Shown: piece after piece, positions 12,027 through 24,409 of the stretch
Position numbering within the stretch: position 1 is the first letter of the stretch
Layout: each line of letters begins with the position of its first letter
Assembly (NCBI GenBank): GCA_051294375.1
Contig: JBJCIZ010000384.1
Location: 1 to 39,306, forward strand
Reading direction: 5' to 3'
Length of the DNA: 39,306 nt
Source of the DNA: Paraspadella gotoi
Taxonomy: Eukaryota; Animalia; Chaetognatha
Program-made: the position numbers and the translations under genes
Notes under the pieces: generated by a model
Told to the model about the DNA's origin: nothing
The model's input: only the letters and a program-made list of their open reading frames with translations
Databases searched by the model: none

Positions 12027-12893
12027 ATGGGCAAATCCGACATTGTTTGTTCAAACTTGTTTCATTAGTAATGACATTTTTACAGAAGTTTACAAACCCT
12101 CCTGAGTACAAGCTAGGAAAATTTTAAGAAAAAATTTCAAAATATATCAGAGCTATGCAAGTTTTTTAAAAAAAATTTTGACCCAGTTTTTAAGTGGTTG
12201 AGGATTATTTTTTTGAAAAATTGCTTCACTGGGTAATAGTCAGACATCCAGACAACTTCCTATGAAATCCTAAAGCCATTTATCCTATAAATGGAAAAGT
12301 TATTCCATGAACAGACTTACAACTTTCTAGGTTTCCGGTACTGTATATAAAATAACAAGTTTGAGCAAACAATGTCGGATCTGCCCACGATCATTAGCAG
12401 TAATTAATTAATTAATACTAACTATATAAACTAAATTAATAATTTAAATAATAAATTAATTGAATGATTGATTAATTAATTAATTTATAACTAAATTGAT
12501 TATTAATTTATTGATTAATTAATTATTTAATAATTAATTGACTAATTGATTAATCAACTGATTAATTATTTGATTAATTAATACATCTTGCATTTACATT
12601 TAATATAAAAGAAAAAGAAGCATAATCAATTAGTAAAACAGGTTTTTCGTTTTTTCCATTTAAACTCATTTCTATGAGGATGATTCCATCGAAACATTAT
12701 TTCCTGCTCAATCACATACTGTCCTAACTACATACAAAATTTCAAGTCAATCGCCCCGTCCACATCATAGAGTAGGATTGGCGTTCTAATACGTGAAGTC
12801 ATATTTTTTTGTTTTTTCCATTTAAACTCATTTCCACTCGACTAACGATTCCATCGAAACTCCTATTCCAAGCATCAATCACCACTTCCTACC

Positions 12894-15549
12894 CACTAGC
12901 GCGCGAGTATTAAATACGCAAGAAATAATAAAAGACATCTTGTGCCCTCCTAATTTTTCTGAAACACATGTAAAACTATTCCTTAAGATCAAACAATTAA
13001 AAAATTCCGCGTTGGCCAATTTTCCCGTTCTATCGATTTTATAATGCGATAAGATGCAAAAAAATCGGAAAAAAATATCAAATTTAAAAATATAAATAAA
13101 GTGGTTAAGTAAATAATAATTTTAATAAAAATAGTAGCAAATACAAGTATTTAAAACTCTTTTCAACTATATAAATATAAAAACTTGTATTAAATAATGT
13201 TTAAATATTATTAAAAAATTGATTTTTTTGAAGAAAAATACAAAAAATTCAAATAATAGGAAAGATGATTATCGGATAGTTTTAATCAAATATAATATAT
13301 ATAATCAAAATAAGGAGATATATAACTGTTTTCATTTTGTAAAAAATATCTTATCTATTAATATATAAAGTTTTTTTCATTTTTTGAACACACAAAAAAT
13401 AAAGCGAAATAATAAACTAAGGCGATTAGGAAACTAATAAATTTATGGATCTGTGTATTTTATTCAAATGGTATTTAAAACCTTTTATAATATAAACAAA
13501 AAGAAAAATAAATTATTAAAAATGTTTTTGATTATGATATAAAAGGCATCAGCATGATTTCAACCCACGGTGGCGACCTCACAGCTATTTTTGCCTTTAA
13601 GTAAAGTCTGATATTCTTTTTTTCTTCCATTTTATTGAGTTGGAGATAAGAACAGAGTCAGAGAGGTTTATTTTTAAAATTTATCAAATTTAATGTTAGT
13701 AAATGTTTAAAAACTCTTCTTATTATTTTGAAATTTATAAACTGAATAAAAAACAAAAGGCATGAAACAAAACACTTTTAAACAATAAAAATTAAGTAAA
13801 TGAAAATGGTTATGCAAGATCAGAGTTGTTTGGCTTAATCTCCACTCTCCATTTTCGCATAGCCTGGCCTCTTGGGCGCTCAAGGCGCTAAGCATTCGCG
13901 TTGTCACGGGGATGGCTGAACATTATTCAAAAGCACGCAAGTTGGGCTTCACAAATGTTTTTGGTGGTTATCCATCTAGTTTACTAATGTTTTGATCATT
14001 AAATATTTTAAATGAGATAATTTAAATAAAACAAAATTTGGATTTCACAACAAATTTTTTATTATTTGCAGACATGTTTCGGACGTCAATTTTGTTCTTC
14101 ATCAAGTGCATATTTGTCGTTTGAATTCCAAAAAAGTTGGCAGTTTAAAGTTGAGAAAGAGAGAGAGAGTGGAAGAGAAAATTCGCCTCGTTTTGTCGTA
14201 TCATTTTTTAGGGTCCATTTTCTCTCCTCTCTAATCTCGGCAGTCGTTTATAACGTTGGTCATTTTTAAACGTATATTTTATAATTTTTATGACAGACTT
14301 TTTAGTCGTTTTAGAGAACCACTCTTTTGGAAAGTCGTTGCTCCGTCCGAAAACAGTTATTTTTACGGGTTTTCGCAAGCTTATATTTTGTCACGTTATT
14401 GTCATGTATTTGCCACGTCTGTCACCGAGAATAAACGTTGAGACTTACGGGAAATTCTCGTTTTAACACTCAGCGGAGCATAAAGTCAGCGAGACTTTTG
14501 TCAAAACCATTTTTTTGGACGAGCGACTCTGCAAACGCCCGGACTGCAAGCGTGAGAGTGAGAGTGAGTGAATCAGAAGCTTCCTTTCTCTCCGAGAAAT
14601 GGGCCAAAGTCAGATGGCGATATCGAATCCACAGGCCTGTCTGACGTGCGAGCTCTTTTTCTCGCCTATAGCTATGCCCACACGCCGCCACATGCGTCAA
14701 TACAATTTAGGATTATATTTATTTTATGTAAGGAAATTAACAGCCTTGTTATACAGACTAAAATGAGCCAACAAAATGTTTAAACAAAATTTGTAAAGGT
14801 TTATGAAATAGTGATAAACATCTTCTGATCTAAAATTAATTTTGCCTATTCTAATTGTAATAGTTATTATTATTAATTTATTATTATAATATATTATTAT
14901 TATTAATGGTTATATTAAAATTGTACTAATATTTAAACAGAGTAGTTCTTATTTAAAACGATATTTCAATTGGAATTTTTTTCATTTTGATAAAAAGCGA
15001 TCTACGAAAGGGAGGGAGAGTGGTAATGGGTAAGGCTTATGGTAAGTCAATTAATATTTTTTGGTAAAGCTTATTATAAGCTGTAATAAGTTTAATGTAG
15101 CTACTAAAAGCTTTTTATAAGCTTTAAAGAAAGGATATTGACTGCGTTATGTGGCTTGGTAACTTTATTTTCCATTTTTCTTATTTTTTTACAATTTTTT
15201 ATGAAAATAACTTATCTTTAGAATCACTCATAATTTATATAAACAGATTTTTTTTAAATTTTATGGATGAAAACAGGTTTAAATACTTTGTTTTAACTAT
15301 ATTTCACTTATAAAAAAGTGAATTTAACCAGCTTTCTTTGTGATATCAAATTTTGCTATTTTTTAACAATTTTTTTGCATCAAATTGCTTTTTAAAATCA
15401 GGAGAGAACGGAAAATTGAGGGCAGATACGAAATTGTTCCATTTTTTTTATCTTGGGGCATAGTATTATATCAATACCAAAAAACATTATAGAGGACACA
15501 AGGGTGCATATATTCATATCTTGTATTTATTGCGTCACGCGCGCTACTG
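12894..15549. mobile_element. Non-autonomous TIR DNA transposon (Tc1/mariner-like termini)
   Basis: Imperfect inverted ends of about 60 bp: CA(C/G)TAGCGCGCG...AAATAC...AAGA...CTTGTGYCCTC. No transposase ORF seen and the TSD is not resolved. Confidence 0.55.
14064..14113 (-). ncRNA. Degenerate minimal hammerhead ribozyme (Penelope pLTR)
   Basis: ATATGCA-CTTGATGA-A-GAAC...GTCC-GAAAC-AT-GTC-TGCAAAT, followed by AATAAAAAATTTGTTGT. Confidence 0.55.
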
Positions 15550-15899
15550 AACCCGGACACACACAAATACCATACAATCACGAGGCAATTGGAAGTTATT
15601 CTTTGCCTACAGGTGGGACGGACAGAGATGAACACGAGCAGACAGACGGACAGACAACTCGTTTTTGGGCATGATTTGTCATAATTCGATGTTGCTGAAC
15701 ATGATAATAAGATGAAATGCCGCACAAGATGAGGGGGCGGCACGTGATGGAACCGAGCAATGTCGGGATCTGGCTGAATAAGCAGGATCTAACTAAAAAA
15801 TTTTAAAAAAAAGAAGAAAATACAAAAAGAAAATAAAGAATGAAAAATAAAAAGGCTTTGATTTCTATGTAGGTTGTTGGGATCATCGTTGATATGCGT

Positions 15900-16604
15900 C
15901 GACTGGCGAGCCGCTCGGAGACGTCGTAGCAACGCGTCGCTGAATCTGTCAATGCTTGAGAAGTGACCAGCGGCCGAACTCTGCAGGCCTTTGCACTGGC
16001 TTTTGCTTTTCTCTGTGGCGTCCCCTGACTGCCCTTGCAACAGCATTTTGGCCAGACGCTCTCCTCAAATCCGCTTGTCGACTGCTTCATTTATTAACAA
16101 TGGTCTTGTTGCGGATCGACTTCTTCAGTCTTGAAGGTTGAAAGTTTTGTCGATCGTGCATACTCTTACGCTTCAAATCTTTTTTTTCTAGTGGCCTTCA
16201 CTGCAGGGCCAGGCACAAGTGGCGCGCAGCGGCTGTACCTGCCACCGACACTTTTTTCAAAAAAACATCTTTGTCAACATTGAGGGCCTTCAACTCATTG
16301 ACAACTGTCTGCTTTTGCTGGCGCTGCTGATCCTGCAGTTCCATCTCTCTCTCCAAGCAATCCACAAAGGTTTGCATGATCTGCTTGCTCCTCAGCTTAT
16401 CCTCAGCCTCGAGGTTGTTGAAGATGGTTTGCTGCTGCCCGCGATACCGCTCCACCACGAGTTCCAAATCCATCATCGAGCTTGAAAGCGCCAACTCAGA
16501 ATCTCCCTTATGCATCTTCAGACGGCTCATTTTATAGTCATGATCATCAGACTTCTTCAGTTTTTTGCTAAAGAAATGTTTCTTTTTGTCCTTTGTTGCA
16601 TTTC
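15900..16604 (-). CDS. F-BAR protein paralog 1, exon D (3' part frameshifted by indels; end approximate)
   Basis: CCCAG acceptor after a 94-nt intron. Reads GNATKDKKKHFFSKK...QQTIFNNLEAEDKLRSKQIMQTFVDCLERE...VNELKALNVDKD. The frame stops at 16198, but similarity to the 36-37 kb paralog continues to about 15940 across frameshifts. Confidence 0.65.
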
Positions 16605-16698
16605 CTGGGAATAGGTAAATGGAAGGACAAATTTTTTTCACATCCATCAGCACACAGAATTCGACAAAAATCACATCACCCCGCCATTTACCACTTAC

Positions 16699-16888
16699 CC
16701 GCTGCCACCTTGTCCATGAGCTCGTCCAAATTCTTCTGTTTTGTTGCCGCCATTTTTTCCGCATCCTTGACGCATTTCGTTGCCGTTGCTAATTCCGTGG
16801 CAGCATCCCCCAGAGAGCGCTCGTGTTCCTTGATACAATCTTTTAACTCCGTGGCGGCCTGACCCATGTCTTCGCTGTTTTGTTTGAG
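16699..16888 (-). CDS. F-BAR protein paralog 1, exon C (coiled coil)
   Basis: AAAG acceptor, GTAAGT donor, 190 nt, open. Reads LKQNSEDMGQAATELKDCIKEHERSLGDAATELATATKCVKDAEKMAATKQKNLDELMDKVAA. Length and boundaries are the same as the paralogous exon at 37098-37287. Confidence 0.75.
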
Positions 16889-17594
16889 CTTTTGAGGTGA
16901 GACAGGGGTGAAGAATCATTATAATCATTATAAATAAACAATATAGAACACTGTAACTCAAAGAGGTCTCAAATAATTCTGAATCTGATAACCGGTAAAC
17001 TTTAATAGGTTCCAAGCAAAAAAAATTTAAAAGTCGCTATTCAAGAAAAACTTAATGTAAGTAAAAAAAGATTTTTAAAAGAGAATCTATTGGTAGTTTT
17101 CATATGTTCTTATTTTGGAAGATGTGGAATGACGTCAATATTGTAAATCTTAAGTATCTTTTAAGTTCTTTCATTCATTTTCTTTTAAAATTAAAATTTT
17201 GCGATGCTAATCGAACTATTTGATTTAGGCTCCTCACTTCCAGCTTCATTCAGCCAATCCCATTGGCTCAGAGGGGAAACGCACCATCCCACTATTGCGT
17301 TCCATCCACAATCCTAACGACTTCCCTCTGTGTTGGCAAAGCGAGACTGTCCTAGGGTAGTGACAGGACAGGAGGCGTCATTTAGGGTCGGTAGCCTTTA
17401 AAGCCAACAGTGAGATGCCTCATTGCAATGGGCATCTTGCCGCTTTTGTGACAGGAGTGATGGACTCCTCTCCCTCCGCCTGAAGCCGTCATTTTGGGCG
17501 ATGCTCAGTCCACAGAGTGAGGGGCTGAGTTGATGCATTTTTTAACCTTAAACTTACCTCTAACCCAGAACTTACTTTTAACTTTATTTTACTC

Positions 17595-18406
17595 NNNNNN
17601 NNNNNNNNNNNNNNNNNNNNNNNNNNNNNNNNNNNNNNNNNNNNNNNNNNNNNNNNNNNNNNNNNNNNNNNNNNNNNNNNNNNNNNNNNNNNNNNNNNNN
17701 NNNNNNNNNNNNNNNNNNNNNNNNNNNNNNNNNNNNNNNNNNNNNNNNNNNNNNNNNNNNNNNNNNNNNNNNNNNNNNNNNNNNNNNNNNNNNNNNNNNN
17801 NNNNNNNNNNNNNNNNNNNNNNNNNNNNNNNNNNNNNNNNNNNNNNNNNNNNNNNNNNNNNNNNNNNNNNNNNNNNNNNNNNNNNNNNNNNNNNNNNNNN
17901 NNNNNNNNNNNNNNNNNNNNNNNNNNNNNNNNNNNNNNNNNNNNNNNNNNNNNNNNNNNNNNNNNNNNNNNNNNNNNNNNNNNNNNNNNNNNNNNNNNNN
18001 NNNNNNNNNNNNNNNNNNNNNNNNNNNNNNNNNNNNNNNNNNNNNNNNNNNNNNNNNNNNNNNNNNNNNNNNNNNNNNNNNNNNNNNNNNNNNNNNNNNN
18101 NNNNNNNNNNNNNNNNNNNNNNNNNNNNNNNNNNNNNNNNNNNNNNNNNNNNNNNNNNNNNNNNNNNNNNNNNNNNNNNNNNNNNNNNNNNNNNNNNNNN
18201 NNNNNNNNNNNNNNNNNNNNNNNNNNNNNNNNNNNNNNNNNNNNNNNNNNNNNNNNNNNNNNNNNNNNNNNNNNNNNNNNNNNNNNNNNNNNNNNNNNNN
18301 NNNNNNNNNNNNNNNNNNNNNNNNNNNNNNNNNNNNNNNNNNNNNNNNNNNNNNNNNNNNNNNNNNNNNNNNNNNNNNNNNNNNNNNNNNNNNNNNNNNN
18401 NNNNNN
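17595..18406. other. Assembly gap (812 N); 25-N gaps also at 19138-19162, 27236-27260 and 38771-38795
   Basis: Runs of N. Confidence 1.
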
Positions 18407-19162
18407 GCTCAGGGACTGCTTATATTGAACGGTTCTGTAACTAACATATAACAATAATTACTGTCTCTTCAATATCTATATATCACCTATAGTGACGGCT
18501 TTTATCCTGATCGGAAGTTTGAGACCTTGTGTGCAACGGACAATGTAAAGGAGCACTTTTTTCTCATAAACAACGTTTATTATCATCAGATAATCACGAA
18601 CGAAAAATGGTATATATTTATTATTTAGTTTATATATATTCTCGATCGGACCTGATCGAAAGCAAGGGTAAAATTTGGTCTAATGCATGATCCTTTTGTT
18701 TGTTTATACTTACAAACATACAGTTTACGAGTTATTAAATGCAGTAAACATCGAAAAAAAATATATCAAAATCAGTAGAGTAGATTCTGAAAATACAATG
18801 ATAGTAATTGTTCATAGAACAATTTATAGAGCAAACAATGTCGGATCTGCCTACGGTAATTAAGCGGTAATCAGCTAATCAGATGATAAATTACGATAAT
18901 ACTTTCAATTTGTGATCCTAACTGCTTATTACAGATCAATACATAACAAACCAGTGGCTGCGCCAATACATGTAATTCGCTTGCAAGGGATTAAACTGAG
19001 CTGTTAATTGGATGAATAGTTTGAAAGTAAATTTTGTGTGTGGGTAGGAAAGTGTGCGATTTAGCAAGATATAAAGTTTCGATGGAATCTTGCAAGCGGA
19101 AATGGAAAAAAGTAACATTCACTTGAAGTTGTTTTAANNNNNNNNNNNNNNNNNNNNNNNNN

Positions 19163-20059
19163 TGCCTTTGCAAACAGTCACTTAGGCCAGGCGCCTCCTC
19201 AAATCCCTGTCGATCGTCATTCTTTAAACAATGGCTTTTGCGATCGACTTCTTCAGTCTTGAAGGTGAAAGTTTTGTTCGATCGTCAATCGTTTACGTTT
19301 CAAATCTTTTCTTTTCTAGTGCCTTCACTGCCAGGGGCAGGCCAGTGGCCGCAGCGGCTCGTACCTGCCACCGACACTTTTTTTTCAAAAAAACATCTTG
19401 TCAACTTGAGGGCCTTCAACTCATTGACAACTGTCTTGCTTTGCTGGCGCTGCTGATCCTGCCAGTTCCATCTACTACTCTCCAAGCAATCCACAAAGGT
19501 CTGGCATTGATCTGCTTGCTCTCTCAGCTTATTTCCTCAGCTCCGAGCGTTGTTTGAAGATGGTTTGCTTTCTTGCCCGCGATATCCGCCTCTCACCACG
19601 AGATCCAAATCCATCATCGACTTGAAAGCGCCAACTCAGAATCTCTCCTTATGCATTCTTCAGACGGCTTCATTGTATAGTCAGATCATCAGACTTCTTC
19701 AGTTTTTTGCTAAAGATAATGTTTCTTTTTGTCCTTTGTGCATTTCCTGGGAATAGGTAAATGTAGAAGGACAAATTTTTTTTCACATCCCTATCAGCAC
19801 ACAGAATTCGACAATAAATCACATCACCCCGCCATTTACCACTTACCCCGCTGCCACCTTGCTCCATGAGCGTCGTCCAAATTCTTCGTGTTGTTGCCGC
19901 ATTTTTCCGCATCCTTGACGCGCATTCGTTTGCCGCTTGCCGGCTAATTCCGTGACTGCCCAGGCATCCCCCAGAGAGCGCGCTCGTGTTCCTTGATTAC
20001 AATCTTTTGAACTCCCTTGCGGCCACTGACCCCCATGCTCTTCCGCTGTTTTGTTTGAG
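19163..20059 (-). pseudogene. Indel-riddled duplicate of paralog 1 exons C and D (probably an assembly artefact)
   Basis: Near-identical to 16030-16888 apart from many 1-3 nt insertions, and starts immediately after a 25-N gap. Confidence 0.7.
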
Positions 20060-21094
20060 CTTTTGAGGTCTTGAGACAGGGTGTTTGCAAAATCATTATA
20101 ATCATTATAAATAAAACAATATTAGAACACTGTAACTCAAAGAGGTCTCAAATAATTCTGAATCTGATAACCGCGTAAACGTTTAATAGGTTCAGCCAAA
20201 AAAAAATTTAAAAAGTCGCTATTTCAAGCAAAAACTTAATGTGAAGTAAAAAAAGATTTTAAAAGAGAATCTACATGGTAGTTTTCATACTCGTTCTATA
20301 TTTTGGCAAGATTTGGAATGACCTGTCCAAATATTGTAAATCTTAAGTACATCTTTTAAGTTCTTTCATTCATTTTCCGTTTTAAAATTAAATATTTTTG
20401 CGATTCTAATCCAACTATTTGATTGTGGCTCCTCACTTCCAGGCTTTCATTCAGCCAATTCCCACTTGGCTCAGAGCGGACAAACGCAACATCCCACTAT
20501 TGCTCGCTTTCCATCCACCAATCCTAAACGACTTCCCTTCTGTGTTGAGCAAAGCGAGACTGTTCCTACGCGGTAGTGACAGGACAGGGAGGGCGTCATT
20601 GTAGGGTCCGGCTAAGCCTTTTAAAGCCCAACAGTGAGTACTGCCTCATTGCAATGCCATCTTTAGCCGCTTTTGCTGACAGGAGTATGGACTCCTCTCC
20701 CTCCGCCCTGAAGCCGGTCATTTTGGCGTATGCTCAGTCCACAGAGTGAGGGCTGAGTTGATGCATTTTTTTAACCTTAAATCTTACGCTTCTACCAGAA
20801 CTTACTTTTAACTTTATTTTATACTCATAACCCATTATACTGTATTTTATAACCTTATTTCTCATCTATATCCGTTCAGAATATATTTTGCTTATTGAAT
20901 ATTACAGTATCCTCTTAACTCCCTTACTCGTGAGCCGGAGTATTTCATAACGCCCGTACGCCTTTACTCTTCTGAGAAATCCGCCATACGATGCTCTGAG
21001 ACAAGAGATAGCAATCAAACTAATTCCCAATTCAACAAGGATAATGGGTTTGCGCTCCTGCTGGACTTACACACAAAGTGGCAGGTCTTGATAT

Positions 21095-21798
21095 TATGGC
21101 GTGGACTAAAATCACCAACTGTTCATCAGCGCGCCATTGCGTGCCGGAGGCAATCATTTGCCCTCCCAACCAAAGGTCCGGGGTTCTAGCCCACGAGTGG
21201 TCGAATCTGGCAGTTAAGAGGGACGGGCGCTTAACCCGCCTGTTAACATGGTGTTACAGCCTGATCCGAAGCTCAGGACATGCTTAACATTCGAACAGGT
21301 TCTTACACTAACACTAACAAATACATTTCACTTCTCTTCATTGGTGAGGCCCGACTTCCGAACACAACAGCAACAACAACACCTTCAGGCGAATGCCACT
21401 GCAAACCTGGCGATGCCACTTTCCGCCCACAAACACATTCAGGCGACATGCCTCAAACATCGCGTGACGAAATTTCCAAACCAAGCAACAACAATTTCAC
21501 TGAGAGACCGCAACAGACTTCTCCCGTACCCGGAGGGGGGGAATTGTATGGTGGACTAAAATCCACCAAACCGTTTCTATCAGCCGTTCCATTGGTGCCG
21601 ATGGTGAAGTCAGTTGCCCTCCCAAACCCAAAGTCCGGAGCGTCTAGCCGTGTGGTTGTCTGGCAGCAGATAAGAAAACGGAGTCGCTTAACCCGCCTGT
21701 TAACATGCGTGTTATTACAGCCTGATCGAAGCTCGACTGCTTATATTGAAACGGCTTCTGTAGACTAACAATATAAACAATAATTACTCGTCTCTTCA
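21095..21798 (+). mobile_element. TRIM-like miniature LTR retroelement
   Basis: Direct repeats at 21095-21340 and 21545-21798, both ending TCTCTTCA. PBS-like TGGTGAGGCCCGAC at 21342, PPT GGAGGGGGGGAA at 21532-21543, and ATAT on both flanks. Confidence 0.7.
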
Positions 21799-22580
21799 AT
21801 ATCTATATATCACCTATAGTGACGGCTTTTTATACCTGATCGGATAAAGTCTATGAACCTTGTGTGCAACGGACAATGTGAATAGGAGCACTTTTTTCTC
21901 ATAAATCAACGTTTATTAATCATTCCAGATTAACTCACGAACGAAAATGGCTATATATTTATTATTTAGCTTGTATATATATTCTCATCGGAATGCCTGA
22001 TCGAAAGCAGGGTAAAATTTGGTCTAATGCATGATCCTTTGCTTTGTTGTATACTGTACCAAACATACAGTTTACGAGTATTAAATGCCAGTAAACATCG
22101 AAAAAAAATATACTCAAAATCAGCTAGAGTAAGATCTGAAAATACCAATGATTAGTAATTGTACACATAGAACAATTTTATAGACGCAAAACAATGCTCG
22201 CGATCTATGCCCCATACGGATTAATTAAGCGCTTAATCACTAATCAGATGATAAATTTTACGATAAATACTTTCAATTTGTGATCCTAACTGCTTATTAC
22301 AGAATTCAAATACATACACAAGACCAGTGGCTGCCGCCATAATACATGTAATTCGCTTGCCAATGGAGATTAAACCTAGAGCTCTTCAATTGGCATGAAA
22401 TATTTAAAGTAGAATTTTGTGTCGTGGGTTAGGAAAGTGTGCGAATTTAGCCAAGATATAAAGTTTCGATGGAATCTTCCCAAGCGAAATGGAAAAAGTA
22501 CATTCACTTGAATGTGTTTTAAGGTGTCTCTTTCTTCCCTCAATTCAAAAAGATTGCGTGATTGCGCAACGCTTGCTTCA

Positions 22581-23730
22581 ATGATGCGAGCACGTGTTTG
22601 AAAAAATTTATCGAGAGTGAAAAAATGATGCGAGTTGAAAAAAATTGATGCGAGTTGAAAAAATGATGCCGTGGTTTGAAAAAATGATGCAGTGAAAAAA
22701 AATGTATGCGAGGTTGAAAAATGATGACCGAGTTGCAAAAAATGATGCGAGTTTGAAAATAAGTATGCAGTTGAAAAAATGCATGCGGTTGAAAAAATGA
22801 TGCGAGTTGAAAAAATGATAGCGATGTTGAAAAAATGATGCTGAGTTGAAAAAAATGCAATGCGTAGTTAATTGAGTTTTATAATGATTCTTTTATCATG
22901 AATTGAGCCCTGATTCTTTCTATTTTTAATGGCGCCTCCCAAATATCTGAATTTAAAGTTTTAATTAAATGCACTCCAATAATTCTCGTTTAAATGCCTC
23001 TAATTGCGTTGAATTTTATACAATTGCATTTGAATATCTGGTCTTCCATTGGTTAATATAACTAGTAGATATTTTGCTCTTTATTCTTAAAATGTGAACT
23101 CTCCTCTCATTGGTGTTATAATTTTGTTTCTTGTATAATAAAAGTAAAGTAAATTATTAATTTTAGGGACGATTCCTCTGAGACATCAGGTATTAAGATG
23201 ATATTTGTGAAATTATTTAAAATATGTTAATTAATTTTAAGCTGTTATATAGCTTTGAGCTGTGCTGCTCTCGGCCTCGTACTGCTACTGTTGCCTGCGT
23301 CTTGGCTCTACTGCCTACTCTTGCTGTTTGTCTTCGGCCCTCTACTGTCTACTGAGTCTCGATCTTGCTGCTTACGTTGCTGGCGTCTCGGCTCTTACTG
23401 CTTACTGTTGCTGCAGTATCAGCTCTACTACTGTCTGCTTGCATCTTGTCTCTGTTGCTTATCGTCTGGTCATGCTGTATTGCAACGTCTTCTCAAAATT
23501 ATTGCGATAATTGAATACTTTAAAAAGTCTATTATTCTATTTTTAATCTTTTGATATATGGATTGAGTAATATTAAGTCGAGATTAAGCGGTCTGCTCAA
23601 AACAATGTTACTCATCCTAAACCTGACAAAACCCCTCCCCCCAAGGAATCTTCTTCAATTACGCAGTGCGAGTTGAACAAATGATGCGAGTTGAACAAAT
23701 GATGCGAATTGAAAAAATGATGCGAGTTTA
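22581..23730 (+). repeat. 18-bp minisatellite (GATGCGAGTTGAAAAAAT), interrupted at 22861-23665
   Basis: About 15 units at 22581-22858 and about 4 at 23666-23730. The same motif occurs in 2-3 copies within the HINEs (6306-6350 and 35508-35535). Confidence 0.9.
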
Positions 23731-24094
23731 AAAAAAAATACTAGTCAAATAAATTATTTGTACCATAATAACTGTTCAGTTTAATCCCTTGAAAGCGATT
23801 TACATGTATTGGTGCAGCTACTGGTTTGGTATGGTACAATCTGTTATGATCAGTTAGGATAATAAATTAAAAGAATTTTCGTGATTTATCATCTGATTAG
23901 CAGATTACCGCTTAATTATTGTAGGCAGATCCGACATTGTTTGCTCAAACTTTTTAAAAATCCGTCCAACGTTCCTGCATCTATTACTCAAAGCTGAGCT
24001 GATTCCATCTCATAGTTTCAGAGAAATGCCCCCCTTCCAATTTTTCGAGTAAAGAAAAAAGGAGCTGTACATTCTCTCTCTCTTTAATACAAAC

Positions 24095-24223
24095 CAGATC
24101 AGCAACATTCAAGTGGGTGTTTGAAATTTCGGTGGAAACTCTGGCCAGAGTCTGAGGATAGTATGAATGAAGCCCAAACTTTTTTGCCGTGTCACCCATT
24201 TGCATCGCGTAGTTTGCCTCTAA
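24095..24223 (-). CDS. F-BAR/FCH-domain protein, exon B
   Basis: CCCAG acceptor, GTTTGT donor, 129 nt. Reads LEANYAMQMGDTAKKFGLHSYYPQTLARVSTEISNTHLNVADL, matching the F-BAR patterns E..YA..L/M and E....H..(L/V)A..L. Confidence 0.72.
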
Positions 24224-24409
24224 CTGGGTATGAAGGATATTACTATATTATATTATATTTTTATTATTATATATTAATATATGTATAAAGAATTAAAATT
24301 AAGACAATTAAATTCGGTGTGATGCCACAGTGAACCCTGTCTCAGGAACTTAATTGATCAATGACTTTTTTCCAGGATCTGGATACCGGAATTGTCTACG
24401 ATGGCTCAC

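Larger units (their letters stand above)
10245..12062 (+). mobile_element. DINE-1/HINE-like element, copy B, carrying three nested insertions
   Basis: (GTCY)n at 10375-10406, subrepeats, and a 3' subTIR GCAAATCCGAC plus stem-loop GTTTG-TT-CAAAC at 12030-12061. Confidence 0.8.
12354..15800 (-). mobile_element. DINE-1/HINE-like element, copy C, split by an insertion of about 2.65 kb
   Basis: 3' end AACAAGTTTGAGCAAACAATGTCGGATCTGC at 12354. The sequence breaks at about 12895 and resumes at about 15555, continuing to the GGAC/AGAC microsatellite and the 5' end. Confidence 0.7.

Noticed and set aside
17489-18454. 321- and 304-aa ORFs
   Set aside because: Artefacts of translating the N gap.
22581-22858. 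CRISPR-like or coding repeat array
   Set aside because: Head-to-tail 18-mers with no unique spacers and no cas genes. The Phe/His-rich ORFs over it are translations of the repeat.
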